A stretch of DNA of 64,000 nt from Candidatus Shapirobacteria bacterium (GTDB lineage Bacteria > Patescibacteriota > Microgenomatia > UBA12405): contig JBAZTV010000001.1 of the NCBI GenBank assembly GCA_041661765.1, positions 231,983-295,982 of the forward strand, read 5' to 3'. Shown here piece after piece: positions 9,008-18,042 of the stretch (positions are counted from its first letter, which is position 1; the number at the start of each line of letters is the position of its first letter). A model generated the notes under the pieces. The model saw nothing but the letters and a program-made list of their open reading frames with translations, did no database searches and was not told the origin of the DNA. A program made the translations under genes and the position numbers.

Positions 9008-9736
9008 TTACATGTCCACAGCGAGAAGTTTTTTATATCTTTGAATTGATCGTTTTACCCCTTCAACACCAGACACACTCGTTAAAGGATTATTTAATTT
9101 CATCTGTTGTTGTTTTTCTTTTTCTGATAATTCTGATAATGCAATTTGGGCATAACTTTCGCCTTTTACATTTCGCCAATACCAATGTCGATCACGTTTA
9201 ATATTAGTTATATTTTTTGGGTCTTTTAACTCCTTATATATCGGACTCCACAACTCATCTGGCACCAACTCAAACATTTTCTTTTTATAAGTTTCAAACT
9301 TTTTATCAAACAATTCGTTTAATTCTTTTTTGGTCGTAAACTGATCTAAAATAATTGTCATAGTAGTACCAAGAGGATATTTAAACCATTTTTGACTATC
9401 ATAAATCTTGAATTTCACTGGTTTATAATCTTTTAAAGTCACTTTATTTGATAACGTTGCGGCTAACATTACGGATTCAAAACTGGCTGGTCTAGAATAC
9501 TTTGTAGCCAAAAAAGTAATATCGTCTCGTAGTTGTTCAAATTCCTCAGTTGTCGTTTGTTGTAGCCGTTCTGGTGAAGCCAAATAACTATTAAATATAG
9601 TCCTAAGTTCCATTATTTCTTTCAAACAATCAAGTCTGTCTAATACTGTCACTAATTGAAAATATCGATGATTTTCAAATCGATCATCGACTTCTATTGG
9701 GTCAAGATTCATTGATATTAATTTTTCTGTCTTCAC
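9008..9736 (-). CDS. Hypothetical protein (242 aa)
   Basis: ORF with no recognisable motif. Confidence 0.4.
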   Translation of the reverse strand: MKTEKLISMNLDPIEVDDRFENHRYFQLVTVLDRLDCLKEIMELRTIFNSYLASPERLQQTTTEEFEQLRDDITFLATKYSRPASFESVMLAATLSNKVTLKDYKPVKFKIYDSQKWFKYPLGTTMTIILDQFTTKKELNELFDKKFETYKKKMFELVPDELWSPIYKELKDPKNITNIKRDRHWYWRNVKGESYAQIALSELSEKEKQQQMKLNNPLTSVSGVEGVKRSIQRYKKLLAVDM

Positions 9737-9810
9737 TACACAATTTTAGCCTATGATGACACGACATTGGAGGTATAATCAAATCATCTAATAATATTAA
9801 TGTTTGAAAA

Positions 9811-11463
9811 ATGAGCAATAAGATTTATATAAAGCAAGTTAATATTGAAAACTTTAAATGTTTTAAAGGTAATTTTAATTTACCTTTAAATGAAGGCCTT
9901 AATATTATTGTCGGCGACAATGAGGCAGGTAAATCTACAATTTTAGAAGCAATTCATTTGGCATTAACAGGATTATTAAATGGAAGATATTTAAAAAACG
10001 AATTAACACAGTATCTGTTTAACCACGAAGTAGTCGATGAATATATTAAAAAAGCAAATACGGGAGATAACCCACCACTGCCATATATTTTAATCGAAGT
10101 TATTATTGCAGGCGAGGATTTATCAAAATTTGAAGGAGATAACAATTTTGAAGGGAAAAAAGAGTGTGGTATTTCTTTCAAGATTGGATTTGATGATAAA
10201 TATAAACCAGAGTATGAAGAATTTATTAAAAATGGAGACATTAAAACTATTCCTATTGAATATTATGATATTTTTTGGACTTCCTGTGCTCGTGATAATA
10301 TCACCGCAAGGAGCATACCAATTAAGTCTGCACTAATAGATTCTTCAAGTAATCATTATGAAAACGGCTCTGATATTTATATTTCAAGAATTATTAAAGA
10401 TAATTTAGAAGAAAAAGATAAAGTAAATATATCTCAAGCATACAGAAGAATGGTGGATAGCTTTATGTGTGATAATTCCGTAAAAGAAATTAGTAAAAAA
10501 ATTAAAACTGATGCAAATATTTCCACAAAAAGAGTTGAATTGTCGGTTGGTTTGTCGTCAAAAAACAGTTGGGAAAGTAGTTTAATGACTTACTTTGATG
10601 ACATACCATTTCACTACATTGGGAAAGGGGAGCAATGTATCGTAAAGACAAAATTAGCTCTAAGTCATAAAAAATCACAAGAAGCAAATATTCTTCTTCT
10701 TGAAGAACCAGAAAATCATCTTTCACATACAAAACTTAATCAATTAATTAATGAAATCAAGGAAAGTAATAGTGAAAAACAAATAATAGTTTCCACTCAT
10801 AGTAGTTTTGTGGCAAATAAATTAGGATTAGGAAATTTAATTCTATTAAATAATAAAAAAACAGTAAGATTAAATAATTTAAATGATGATACTAAAATTT
10901 TTTTTGAAAAACTCTCAGGATATGACACACTTCGTCTTATACTTTGTCAAAAGGCTATTTTAGTGGAAGGAGATTCTGATGAATTAATAATTCAAAAAGC
11001 ATTTTTAATTCAAAATGGTATGTTACCAATTGAATGCAACAAAGGAATAGATGTTATCTCTGTCGGAACAACATTTTTGAGATTTTTAGAAATTGCAAAA
11101 GAAATTGATAAATCAGTAGTAGTGGTGACAGATAATGATGGAAAACCAGATGGTGTAAAAAATAAATATACAGATTATCTCGGTGAAAATGCCAAAGATT
11201 CTATCAAAATTTGTTTCGATGAGGATGTTGATACTGGAGTATTGGAGATTGATGGAAAAGCTTTTAATTACAACACCCTTGAACCAAAAATGTTAAAAGC
11301 TAACAGCTTAGATTCTCTTAATAAAATTTTTGGAACAAATTACCAAAATACTGATGATTTACACAAATATATGCATGCGAAAAAAACTGAATGTGCTCTG
11401 AAAATATTTGAAACCAAAGAAATTGTAAAATTTCCAAAATATATTCAAGACGCAATAGCATAG
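9811..11463 (+). CDS. gajA: OLD-family ATP-dependent nuclease: N-terminal ABC-type ATPase plus C-terminal Toprim. GajA-like.
   Basis: Walker A 'GDNEAGKST' with the leading 'IENFKCF' strand typical of AAA_21/OLD proteins. C-terminal Toprim 'ILVEGDSDELIIQKAF' and 'VVVTDNDGKPD'. Confidence 0.7.
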   Translation: MSNKIYIKQVNIENFKCFKGNFNLPLNEGLNIIVGDNEAGKSTILEAIHLALTGLLNGRYLKNELTQYLFNHEVVDEYIKKANTGDNPPLPYILIEVIIAGEDLSKFEGDNNFEGKKECGISFKIGFDDKYKPEYEEFIKNGDIKTIPIEYYDIFWTSCARDNITARSIPIKSALIDSSSNHYENGSDIYISRIIKDNLEEKDKVNISQAYRRMVDSFMCDNSVKEISKKIKTDANISTKRVELSVGLSSKNSWESSLMTYFDDIPFHYIGKGEQCIVKTKLALSHKKSQEANILLLEEPENHLSHTKLNQLINEIKESNSEKQIIVSTHSSFVANKLGLGNLILLNNKKTVRLNNLNDDTKIFFEKLSGYDTLRLILCQKAILVEGDSDELIIQKAFLIQNGMLPIECNKGIDVISVGTTFLRFLEIAKEIDKSVVVVTDNDGKPDGVKNKYTDYLGENAKDSIKICFDEDVDTGVLEIDGKAFNYNTLEPKMLKANSLDSLNKIFGTNYQNTDDLHKYMHAKKTECALKIFETKEIVKFPKYIQDAIA

Positions 11464-11465
11464 AT

Positions 11466-12656
11466 ATGCACGGTAATAATAAATTAATTATTGCTGTTGC
11501 CGGCTCTGGTAAAACAACCTTTCTTATAAATGAAGCACTTAAGAAGAAAGATGGCCACATACTTATAACTACTTATACAATTGCAAATTGTGAAGAAATA
11601 AGAAAAAAAATTATTAAAAAAAGTGGTTATATTCCTCAAAATATAGAAATACAAACTTGGTTTTCACTTCTAATTCAACATGGAGTAAAGCCATTCCAGT
11701 CACATTTTGATAAAGGATTATCAGACTTTAAAATAAAAGGACTACTTTTAACTAATACAAAATCTGCAGTTAAATATACGAACTCAAAAGGGATACCAGT
11801 CTGTTATGAAGAATCTGAAATAAAAAAACATTTTTTTACACCAAACAATAGAATCTATTCTGATAAACTCGCAAAGTTTGTTGTCGGTGGTGGAGATAGA
11901 TTTAGAAAAACAAAAGAAAGAAAATTTTTTGTCGATCTTATGATTAATCGGCTATCAAAAATTTATTCAGATATTTATATTGATGAAGTTCAAGATCTGG
12001 CTGGGTATGATTTGATTTTTTTACAATACCTTTTTAAAAGTTCAATCAATGTTTTGATGGTTTGTGACCCAAGGCAAGTAACATATTTAACTCATCATGA
12101 AACAAAGTTTAAACAATATAAAGATGGAAAAATTAAAGAATTTATCAAAACTGATAACAAAAAATATTTTAAGGATGAAGATATTGACGAAACTTCCCTA
12201 AGGGTTTCACATAGAAATAATAATGCTATCTGTAAATTGTCTTCAAAATTATTTCCAGAATACGTTTATTCTGAACCTTGTACTTGTTTTGAATGTAGAA
12301 AATCTGACAGTGAAGATCACATTGGAGTTTTTATAGTCAAAAAATGTGATGTCAAAAAATATCTTTCCACTTATAATCCAATGCAGTTAAGAGACAAAAA
12401 AACAGTATTGGTTAATGAAAAATTTGATGTTGCAAATTTTGGCGAATCCAAAGGATTAACTTTTAATAGAGTTCTTATTTATCCAACAAAAGAATTTATC
12501 AAATGGTTAAAAGACGATAAGTATAAGTTAGCCCCAACAAGTAGATCGAAATTCTACGTCGCCATAACAAGAGCAATTTACAGTGTCGGAATTATTTGTG
12601 ATGAAAAAATAGAGATTGCAGATGTGAATGAATTTATAAATACATTACCAAATTAA
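11466..12656 (+). CDS. gajB: UvrD-like helicase, GajB-like
   Basis: Motif I 'AVAGSGKTT', motif II 'IDEVQDLAG', C-terminal 'FYVAITRA' (motif VI-like). It sits 2 nt after the OLD-family gene. Confidence 0.7.
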   Translation: MHGNNKLIIAVAGSGKTTFLINEALKKKDGHILITTYTIANCEEIRKKIIKKSGYIPQNIEIQTWFSLLIQHGVKPFQSHFDKGLSDFKIKGLLLTNTKSAVKYTNSKGIPVCYEESEIKKHFFTPNNRIYSDKLAKFVVGGGDRFRKTKERKFFVDLMINRLSKIYSDIYIDEVQDLAGYDLIFLQYLFKSSINVLMVCDPRQVTYLTHHETKFKQYKDGKIKEFIKTDNKKYFKDEDIDETSLRVSHRNNNAICKLSSKLFPEYVYSEPCTCFECRKSDSEDHIGVFIVKKCDVKKYLSTYNPMQLRDKKTVLVNEKFDVANFGESKGLTFNRVLIYPTKEFIKWLKDDKYKLAPTSRSKFYVAITRAIYSVGIICDEKIEIADVNEFINTLPN

Positions 12657-12665
12657 TAGTTCTTT

Positions 12666-12890
12666 CTATAATCTAAATAACTCCGAAACATCAACTTTCA
12701 ATTTTTTAGCAATCTTTAAGAGTACTTCCATTGATGGATTTATTCTTCCTTGTTCAATGTGGCCGATATGAGTTCTACTTAAACCCAAAGCTTCAGCAAA
12801 TTCTTCCTGACTCTTGTAGCCAATTTGTTTTCTTAGTTTTTGAATAGTCTTTCCCAACCTTTTAGTAACCTTTCTCTTTGTTATAACCAT
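12666..12890 (-). CDS. XRE-family helix-turn-helix transcriptional regulator
   Basis: 74 aa. 'LRKQIGYKSQEEFAEALGLSRTHIGHIEQGRINPS' is a Cro/C1-type HTH. Confidence 0.75.
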   Translation of the reverse strand: MVITKRKVTKRLGKTIQKLRKQIGYKSQEEFAEALGLSRTHIGHIEQGRINPSMEVLLKIAKKLKVDVSELFRL

Positions 12891-13007
12891 GCTTGGATTA
12901 TGTCTAGCTATGAGGAGAAACTCTACTAGCTTAAAGCGAGCAATTAGGTATAAATAATGTATAATCTCGTTTAGAAGTCCTATTACAAATTTTTTAATAT
13001 AAACAAT

Positions 13008-13286
13008 ATGACCAACCCTTATTGGGACAAGATTAAAAAAACTGTGTCAGAGATTGATAATCTTGTTAATAACAATTCAAAGAAAGACATCCAATTTAAG
13101 AAACCAACAAAAATATTTTTTGGCAAAAAATGTCTCAAGTGTAATAGTCGTAATGTCAAAACTATAAAAGCTGGATTTATGAAACATCTAATGCAACAAA
13201 ATGTTGCCATTTGGGTACCAGGAGCCAAAATATCAAAACCTTTAAATGTTTGCCGTGATTGTGGTTTCTCTTGGGAAGACCGTTAA
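13008..13286 (+). CDS. Small zinc-ribbon protein (CxxC...CxxC)
   Basis: 'CLKCNSRN' and 'CRDCGF' Cys pairs. Confidence 0.4.
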   Translation: MTNPYWDKIKKTVSEIDNLVNNNSKKDIQFKKPTKIFFGKKCLKCNSRNVKTIKAGFMKHLMQQNVAIWVPGAKISKPLNVCRDCGFSWEDR

Positions 13287-13287
13287 T

Positions 13288-13305
13288 TGTCTCGTAGCCG
13301 AGACA
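13288..13305 (+). terminator. Hairpin TGTCTCG-TAGC-CGAGACA immediately after the stop of the zinc-ribbon gene
   Basis: Perfect 7-bp stem with a 4-nt loop. There is no strong T tract, so terminator function is uncertain. Confidence 0.3.
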
Positions 13306-13535
13306 GATGAAATAGTAAGTACCAATTTATATACTATTGTATAGGACTATATAATATATAATGGAAACATAGGTAATAACTCTCAGGAAGTCGTTTGAAA
13401 AATAAAGCAGACTCAATTATAGATTTAACTATTAAAACTTATTCTACGAGGCTACATGAAGCCACAATAGTGTTCTTAATTAAATACCAAGAATAGTTTT
13501 GTTGATTATCATTAGTTTCACTTGGAAAGATAAAC

Positions 13536-13559
13536 ATTTGTCACGCAGGCGTGACAAAT
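13536..13559. promoter_or_regulatory. Perfect 11-bp inverted repeat ATTTGTCACGC-AG-GCGTGACAAAT, 25 nt upstream of the methyltransferase start
   Basis: Read directly from the sequence. Its position suggests an operator or transcript-end structure for the restriction-modification module. Confidence 0.4.
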
Positions 13560-13583
13560 TAAAAACATGTTCAACTTGGGTCC

Positions 13584-14924
13584 TTGTTTCCCAAACAAAA
13601 CACAAATATAATTAAGAAGATGAATAGTAAATTTACTTTTATAGATCTGTTTGCTGGTATCGGTGGATTTAGAATCGCATTAGAAAGATGTGGTGGTAAA
13701 TGTTTAGGTTTTTCTGAAATAGAACCCAAAGCTATTGAGACCTATAAAGAAAATTTCATAAAAAAGAATGACAATGAGTGGGAACTTGGCGATATACAAA
13801 AAATAAATAAATTACCTACACCAGTTGATGTAATTGTCGGTGGTGTGCCGTGTCAGTCTTGGTCTGTCGCTGGGAAAATGAGAGGATTTGAAGACCCACG
13901 CGGTAAATTATGGCACGATGCTATAAGATTAGTGAAATTAAACAGACCAAAAGTTTTTGTATTTGAAAATGTCAAAGGATTAGCCGATCCAAGAAATAAA
14001 GAGAATTTAAATCTTATAGTTAATAGTTTTAAAGAATTAGGTTATACCATACCAACTCCTCAACTTTTAAATTCATATGATTTTGGTCTTCCACAAAATA
14101 GAGAAAGAATATTTATTGTTGGTTTTAACAATGATGTCATTTCTGATTTAAATTTTTCTTATCCCAAAAAACGTAATATTGAATTTAGATTATCAGATTT
14201 TCTAGATGGTCTTGAACAAAAAACCGTTATAAAGAAAAAAATAAATCCAAAAGAATTATTTGACGGTAAAATACCTCTATCAAGAAATAAATTTCAAGTA
14301 AATGATGAATTAAATGATTTTTTTGTCTTTTGTGACGCTAGGAATGGTCACAGTACTATTCACTCTTGGGACCTTATTCCAACTAGTAATAGAGAAAAAG
14401 AAATTTGTTATGCCATAATGAGAAATCGTAGAAAAAAAGTTTATGGGGAAAAAGATGGTAACCCATTAGGATTTAAGGATATTGATGACCTAGTTTCTAA
14501 CCTTAAAAAAGAAGAATTAGAAGGGTTAGTTCTTAAAAGAATACTTAGAAAAGTAGAAGGTGGAAAATTTGACTTGGTAAACTCAAAAAATTCTTCTGGT
14601 ATTAATGGAATCTATCGGGTATTTTTACCAAATTCAAAAATATTTTCTACTATCACTGCCACTGGAACTCGTGATCATGTCGCTACTGTCACAATAAGTG
14701 GTCGCACCCCAGAAGAATATCGACGAAATTTCATTAAAAAAGTGTATGAAAAAGGGAATTTTAGACAAATTACTCCAAGAGAGGCCGGATTATTACAGGG
14801 GTTTGGACATAATTTTAAACTTAACAGACAAGATAGAATCTCCCTTAAACAATTTGGTAATGCTGTTTCAGTAAATGTTGTCTATGCTCTAATGGAATCT
14901 ATAATTAAGACTGGTATTTTTTGA
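13584..14924 (+). CDS. DNA (cytosine-5)-methyltransferase
   Basis: Motif I 'FIDLFAGIGGF', motif IV 'GGVPCQSWS', motif VI 'ENVKGL'. Confidence 0.9.
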   Translation: MFPKQNTNIIKKMNSKFTFIDLFAGIGGFRIALERCGGKCLGFSEIEPKAIETYKENFIKKNDNEWELGDIQKINKLPTPVDVIVGGVPCQSWSVAGKMRGFEDPRGKLWHDAIRLVKLNRPKVFVFENVKGLADPRNKENLNLIVNSFKELGYTIPTPQLLNSYDFGLPQNRERIFIVGFNNDVISDLNFSYPKKRNIEFRLSDFLDGLEQKTVIKKKINPKELFDGKIPLSRNKFQVNDELNDFFVFCDARNGHSTIHSWDLIPTSNREKEICYAIMRNRRKKVYGEKDGNPLGFKDIDDLVSNLKKEELEGLVLKRILRKVEGGKFDLVNSKNSSGINGIYRVFLPNSKIFSTITATGTRDHVATVTISGRTPEEYRRNFIKKVYEKGNFRQITPREAGLLQGFGHNFKLNRQDRISLKQFGNAVSVNVVYALMESIIKTGIF

Positions 14925-14946
14925 ATAAATAAGCCATAATCAGGAT

Positions 14947-15669
14947 GTGATAAGCGAAAAACAAAAAAGTGAATTTTTATTGCGTTTAGGTAAATGGGTA
15001 ACCGATGATTTTGCCAAAAAATATGAGAATAATATTAGAAAATGTTCAAAATTATCAGAGTTTAAGGTTAATCCGCTACTTTTACCATTTCTTTCTCTCA
15101 CTTTTACTGGGAATGTTGATCCAGAAAGTTTAGCCAAAGTCCTAGTTTACCCACGAGTACTCAGCACTTCAATTACCACTACATTTGGAACAGGATTACA
15201 GAGATTTATAACTGATGCTTGGAATGAAATCTGTGGAGGATCTGGTTTATCTGGAATCGATATAGAATTTACAGATCAGATTGAAGGTGGTAAAAAATAT
15301 GCTCAAATTAAACTTGGGCCAAATACCATTAATAAAGATGATGTGAAGACTATTACTGATCATTTTAAGGGTGCACTTAATTTAAGTAGGACAAATAATC
15401 TTAAAATTAAACACGAAGACTTAGTTGTTGGTGTTGTTTATGGTAAAGAATCGGAGAAGAACGCCAACCTTAAAAAATTAGATACAGAATACACAGTCTT
15501 AATAGGTCAAGATTTTTGGTATCACTTAACTGGTGACAAGGATTTTTATAATGAAATGAAGAAAACAATATTTACCTCGTCAGAAAAAATATGTCTAAAA
15601 GATGATATTGAAAAAGCTATTAAAGAACTATCAAAATCTATTAACAAAGACAGAATTTTATCAGCTTAA
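14947..15669 (+). CDS. Candidate cognate restriction endonuclease (uncharacterised 240-aa protein directly downstream of the methyltransferase)
   Basis: Position only. A possible D...ExK arrangement in 'GIDIEF...YAQIKLG'. The start codon is uncertain (GTG). Confidence 0.35.
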   Translation: MISEKQKSEFLLRLGKWVTDDFAKKYENNIRKCSKLSEFKVNPLLLPFLSLTFTGNVDPESLAKVLVYPRVLSTSITTTFGTGLQRFITDAWNEICGGSGLSGIDIEFTDQIEGGKKYAQIKLGPNTINKDDVKTITDHFKGALNLSRTNNLKIKHEDLVVGVVYGKESEKNANLKKLDTEYTVLIGQDFWYHLTGDKDFYNEMKKTIFTSSEKICLKDDIEKAIKELSKSINKDRILSA

Positions 15670-15673
15670 TTTA

Positions 15674-15750
15674 GTGTCACGACACAATATTTTATTTTTT
15701 TATTTTTATTAATTGTCTCAGCGTCGAGACAATTTTCACGCCAGCGTGAA
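15674..15750. repeat. Cluster of three GC hairpins: GTGTC-AC-GACAC followed by a T-rich run, TTGTCTC-AGCGTC-GAGACAA, and TTCACGC-CA-GCGTGAA
   Basis: Stems read from the sequence. Similar in style to the hairpins at 13288 and 13536. Located in a ~390-bp non-coding gap at the distal end of the island. Confidence 0.4.
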
Positions 15751-16059
15751 GAATAGACTATTAAAGTTTTCAAGGTTTTTCCCATTTCCAAAGAAGTGAC
15801 TACGATACAAAGTGGCGAATCAAAAAACAGAATTTCCGAACAGGGGGTGTTTCAAAGTTTTCGGCTTTGCAATAAACAGACTAACAGTATTCAAGTTTAA
15901 CCATAGATTTATAAACATATTATTACTATCTATAACAAACTAATACATATCTAAAAATTAGCTACAAATTAGCAATTAATTCCAGTCATGTTAAACGTTG
16001 GTAATGGTTCATAGTGAGTCATATTGTAGGTTCGGATATCGTCTATTACGCAGAGCACA

Positions 16060-16461
16060 ATGAATTTTACAGAATGGTTTTCTATACTATCAATAATTGT
16101 TGGAATTATACTCTTTGGTTGGGATATTTATTTACTTGGTGAATCAAAAAAACAGAAGGCAGTTTTTGACAAAGAAAAAGAAATTCATAAATCTCAAGTA
16201 AAAATATGGCAACATTATGCAAATGGACTCAGCAATTCTCTATTAAATTTAGGATTTTCTGCAGAAAGAGAACAAAATTCAAAATTAGAACAGGCGATTA
16301 AATCATTACAGACAGTATCATTTTATCTTTATAAATCATTAAATGAAGAAAGATTATTTTCCGAAGAAGAAATAAAAAAACAACAACTAGAAACAGAAAG
16401 TCAGTATAAACAATTTTTTAATAAACCTAAAGTAAGTACAGAAATTCCACTAGACAAGTAA
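16060..16461 (+). CDS. Hypothetical membrane-anchored protein
   Basis: Hydrophobic N-terminal segment, then a charged coiled-coil-like region. Confidence 0.35.
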   Translation: MNFTEWFSILSIIVGIILFGWDIYLLGESKKQKAVFDKEKEIHKSQVKIWQHYANGLSNSLLNLGFSAEREQNSKLEQAIKSLQTVSFYLYKSLNEERLFSEEEIKKQQLETESQYKQFFNKPKVSTEIPLDK

Positions 16462-16514
16462 GATTTTTCTTCACATTTGGTCTAAGACGACTAGTATTTT
16501 GGTATAATCAAAGT

Positions 16515-16820
16515 ATGTCCAAGAATCCTATTATTAACGCCTTCAGCGCTTCAGTGTATATCATCCTCGTTGTCACTATTATGACCTTTGTGACAAAACC
16601 TTTACAAAATAAACCCGACACCTTTTTCGCTCCAATCACATTTTTATCACTGCTTACTCTTTCTGTCGTTGTAATGGCATTTCTATTTTTTTACCAACCA
16701 CTGCAGCTTTTTATTGAAGGAAAGAAAAAAGAAGCGGTAAACCTTTTTGTCAAAACTGTTGGTATATTCGCAGCATTTACGGCTGTGATTTTGATACTGC
16801 TTTTTTCTGGTCTAATCTAG
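16515..16820 (+). CDS. Hypothetical small membrane protein
   Basis: Three predicted transmembrane segments. Confidence 0.35.
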   Translation: MSKNPIINAFSASVYIILVVTIMTFVTKPLQNKPDTFFAPITFLSLLTLSVVVMAFLFFYQPLQLFIEGKKKEAVNLFVKTVGIFAAFTAVILILLFSGLI

Positions 16821-16836
16821 ATTAGGGTAATAAAAA

Positions 16837-17286
16837 TTATTTACCTAACCTTTCCAATATTTGTTTCATTTGACCAATCTCTGATTGCTGAGAGGGAATA
16901 ATTTTTTGACACAATTGTTTAATTTCAGGATCATCAAAAGATGCGTTCTTACACATTAATATTGCTCCAGAATGATGAGGAATCATAGATTTTAAAAATT
17001 GCTTATTATCTATTGCAGTCTGTTTTCTAATAAAAATAAAAAATAATATAAATATAGAAATACCGACACACATTAAAACATTTTTAGTTAAGTTTTTATA
17101 CATAACACCCATAAATAAAATTTCCAAGATCAACATCGGAGCAGTCATAATTCCGGCCATATATAATTGATTTAAATTGGGGTATATATCAACAAATTTA
17201 TAAACCATAACATACATTAGTATGTACATAGCCAAAAAATGGAGAAATACCATCAGTGATAAACCGACAAAAGAAGTATGTTTCAT
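16837..17286 (-). CDS. DUF305-like membrane protein (metal-resistance-associated family)
   Basis: 'MIPHHSGAILMC' resembles the DUF305 MxxHHxxAIxM motif. N-terminal transmembrane segments. Confidence 0.45.
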   Translation of the reverse strand: MKHTSFVGLSLMVFLHFLAMYILMYVMVYKFVDIYPNLNQLYMAGIMTAPMLILEILFMGVMYKNLTKNVLMCVGISIFILFFIFIRKQTAIDNKQFLKSMIPHHSGAILMCKNASFDDPEIKQLCQKIIPSQQSEIGQMKQILERLGK

Positions 17287-17288
17287 AA

Positions 17289-17498
17289 TTATCGTTTTAA
17301 TTTTTTATTAGTTTTAACCCCAAATAATTTATAGACTAAGCAAAATCCAGTTAATCCAGTAAAGATCGCTAATATCCCAATTACCAAAGCTACTATTTGT
17401 AGTGTTCCAGTAAATACAAATAAAGCCAGCCATAAGACCACCACTCCTACTACCAATCTTATTTTTTTATCCGTTTTACTTTCATTTTGTTGAAACAT
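17289..17498 (-). CDS. YgaP-like / DUF2892 small transmembrane protein
   Basis: 69 aa with two transmembrane helices and 'GFCLVYKLFG', typical of DUF2892. Confidence 0.5.
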   Translation of the reverse strand: MFQQNESKTDKKIRLVVGVVVLWLALFVFTGTLQIVALVIGILAIFTGLTGFCLVYKLFGVKTNKKLKR

Positions 17499-17670
17499 AT
17501 TTTTATTTAATTAATAATTTTTATCATCTACTTTTAATGATTCCATAAAATTATTAAATTTTCTTCAACATTTTTAAAAACAGTTCTGCTCAACGAGCCA
17601 ATCAAACCTCACCCATATCTTTAAGGATTTTTTTATAGAAATATTTTTTATAAAGAATTTAGATTATACT

Positions 17671-18042
17671 TTGTATATGAACAAACAATTTTTCAAAGAT
17701 GCTCTAGATTGGGGATTTTTACTGTGGTTATCTGGTTATGTTCTCGGCATTATTCTTTTTATGATTATTCCCAAACCATATCTCGGTTGGATTATTATGC
17801 CAATTGGTAGTGCGTTTACACTTTGGGTTTTATTTAAAAAAATAAAAAATAATTCTCTTAAATATTATTTTTTATTAGCTTTTAATTGGGCATTAATCGC
17901 TATCATTTGTGATTATTTTTTTCTGGTAAAACTTTTTAAATCCACCGACTATTATTCATTTCATATTTATCTCTATTATTTCCTAACTTTTGTCTTTCCG
18001 TTATCTGTTGGTTTGTACAAGAACATTGGTAAAAAAAGATAA
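17671..18042 (+). CDS. Hypothetical membrane protein
   Basis: Four predicted transmembrane segments. Confidence 0.35.
   Translation: MYMNKQFFKDALDWGFLLWLSGYVLGIILFMIIPKPYLGWIIMPIGSAFTLWVLFKKIKNNSLKYYFLLAFNWALIAIICDYFFLVKLFKSTDYYSFHIYLYYFLTFVFPLSVGLYKNIGKKR

Larger units (their letters stand above)
4746..16059. mobile_element. Putative integrative/defence island next to tRNA-Asn: serine recombinase, Gabija-like pair, a restriction-modification module, regulator and orphan genes. Boundaries are approximate.
   Basis: Starts immediately 3' of the tRNA. Contains a large serine recombinase and consecutive defence-type genes, and is flanked distally by a hairpin-rich non-coding stretch (15670-16059). 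No direct repeat of the tRNA 3' end was found. Confidence 0.5.

Noticed and set aside
14940-15137. 65-aa minus-strand ORF overlapping the start of the methyltransferase partner gene.
   Set aside because: Fully embedded antisense to a longer ORF in a coherent operon; no motif.
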